Source: Octopus bimaculoides (Eukaryota). From it: a stretch of DNA of 64,000 nucleotides. Below, piece after piece: positions 62,880-64,000 of this stretch. The stretch covers positions 15,658,092-15,722,091 of the forward strand of contig NC_069006.1 in the NCBI RefSeq assembly GCF_001194135.2. Reading direction: 5' to 3'. The notes below the pieces were generated by a model. It saw only the letters and a program-made list of their open reading frames with translations, made no database searches and had not been told where the DNA came from. Numbering within the stretch: the first letter of the stretch is position 1; the number at the start of each line of letters is the position of its first letter. Both the position numbers and the translations under genes were made by a program.

Positions 62880-64000
62880 AATTAAGAAATGATACGGTTC
62901 ATGTAACAGTCAAAAAGGTGCACCTTGTTGCACAAATCTCGGGCATTCAGGGATAGGAAGTTGAAACTAGATTTAATCCTATCATGACGGTATATACAAG
63001 ATGAAATATGTGTTCTGCTGTTCTGTGGCAGCACTGAGGATAATATTTGCTCGGGATTGTATGATTGGAATGATGTTCTTGCTGATGGTGATGAGTGGGT
63101 GGGTGTTCCTAGAATTTTGGATATGGGACGTTGGATCTCCAGGCTTAGGTCGGCCTTCATATTTTCCAGGTAATTTAATGAAGAATTTCCTCCTTGGTTT
63201 ATTTTATGTGATGTAGCGGTTTTTCTGTAATTCTTTCTTCTTTGGTTGGTGTTAGTGTTAGGAGGTGGATTGTGGTTGTGTTTGTTTTTTGTTGCAGTTT
63301 ATTTTTCACTCGTTTGCATTCCAGATTTTGGCACGTCCTTAGAGACAGAGAATTCTGGCCCAGTTTAGGATGGAAGAAGGCACACGTGTTGCCTTTTGTA
63401 CATCCATATTTAGGATCAGGGCCATGGACTCTGTATTTCGGACAGTATTTGCGGTGAAGATAAGGGCAGCCTTTTCCAATTATACCATATGGACAGGTAC
63501 CCTTAATAAGTCTACGGCATAAAGAAGGCTGAGAGAAAGGACAATGCCCCTTGTTGTTGGTGCCGCTGGGACCGAATTTACAGTTACCCTGAGAATGGTA
63601 ACGACAGGTTTTGAGAAGCGGAAAAGGTTTTTCTATATTGACACGCGGTGTAAAGGGAGAATCGCTGAACGTAATAGTAGCAGTAGCAGACGGTTGGAGT
63701 GAGTTCTGACCTGTCATAATGGTAGTTGTCTGTTGTTACGATGACTCGCGACTTACTACTGTAGGGTTGGGAGGAATTAGGTTAGATGGTGAAACCAAAG
63801 CTGTTTGCTGCTAGCCAACAGGTTGTTGGGGTGACCCCTGACCTGCTGCCATTGAATCAGTTGGTGCTCTACATCGATTGATCAGTACAGATTCTAGTTT
63901 GTCCATGTGCGTGTGCACGATGTTTTCAATTTGCCTTTCCGTTCTAAGAAAGGACTGCAAAGCTAATTCGTCGGCGATTTTGCAGTAAATGGTACATGTT
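62880..64000 (-). mobile_element. CR1-group LINE 5' portion: ORF1 and start of ORF2 APE endonuclease, truncated at about 62880 and running off the window
   Basis: ORF2 start FLSLNARDLCNKVHLF (cf. .LNARGL.NK), downstream of a CCCH-finger ORF1. Confidence 0.8.
63199..64000 (-). pseudogene. LINE ORF1 with tandem CCCH zinc fingers (disrupted)
   Basis: C-x7-C-x12-C-x3-Q, C-x7-C-x8-C-x3-H, C-x13-C-x5-C-x3-H and a degenerate fourth module. The frame continues to the window edge through two stops (63736-63738 and 63811-63813), both in Gln runs (CAA/CAG to TAA/TAG). Confidence 0.8.

Overview
This is AT-rich, repeat-dominated animal DNA with 14 assembly gaps (N runs at about 1003-1313, 6009-6932, 7989-8105, 14425-14872, 22632-23421, 27220-27739, 31781-32333, 37024-37313, 38186-39143, 41321-42260, 48791-48986, 49769-49868, 53641-53963 and 57350-57818), most of them bordered by microsatellites. 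The microsatellite load and the tRNA-derived SINE families look like those I recall from Octopus genomes; this is inference and needs BLAST confirmation. I found no host protein-coding exon I can support, so the window is intergenic or lies in a long intron. Almost all ORF-track entries are microsatellite or gap artefacts. What is recognisable: (i) dozens of tRNA-derived SINE copies, which I label SINE-A, -B, -C and -D (my labels); (ii) decayed autonomous elements, namely a mariner transposase, CR1-group LINE pieces including a CCCH-zinc-finger ORF1, an RTE-like 3' end, R4/Dong-like RT and RLE 3' ends, and a Penelope GIY-YIG domain; (iii) two MITE-like inverted repeats; (iv) several local duplications and minisatellites. 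The most interesting signal is a set of Penelope-type minimal hammerhead ribozymes. At 32.3-32.7 kb a tRNA-headed short element carries an intact hammerhead in its 3' part and has an inverted, 5'-truncated copy of that same 3' part attached at its 5' end. This is consistent with a SINE mobilised by Penelope-like machinery. A second hammerhead at 43.5 kb has a compensatory U3-A8 core.
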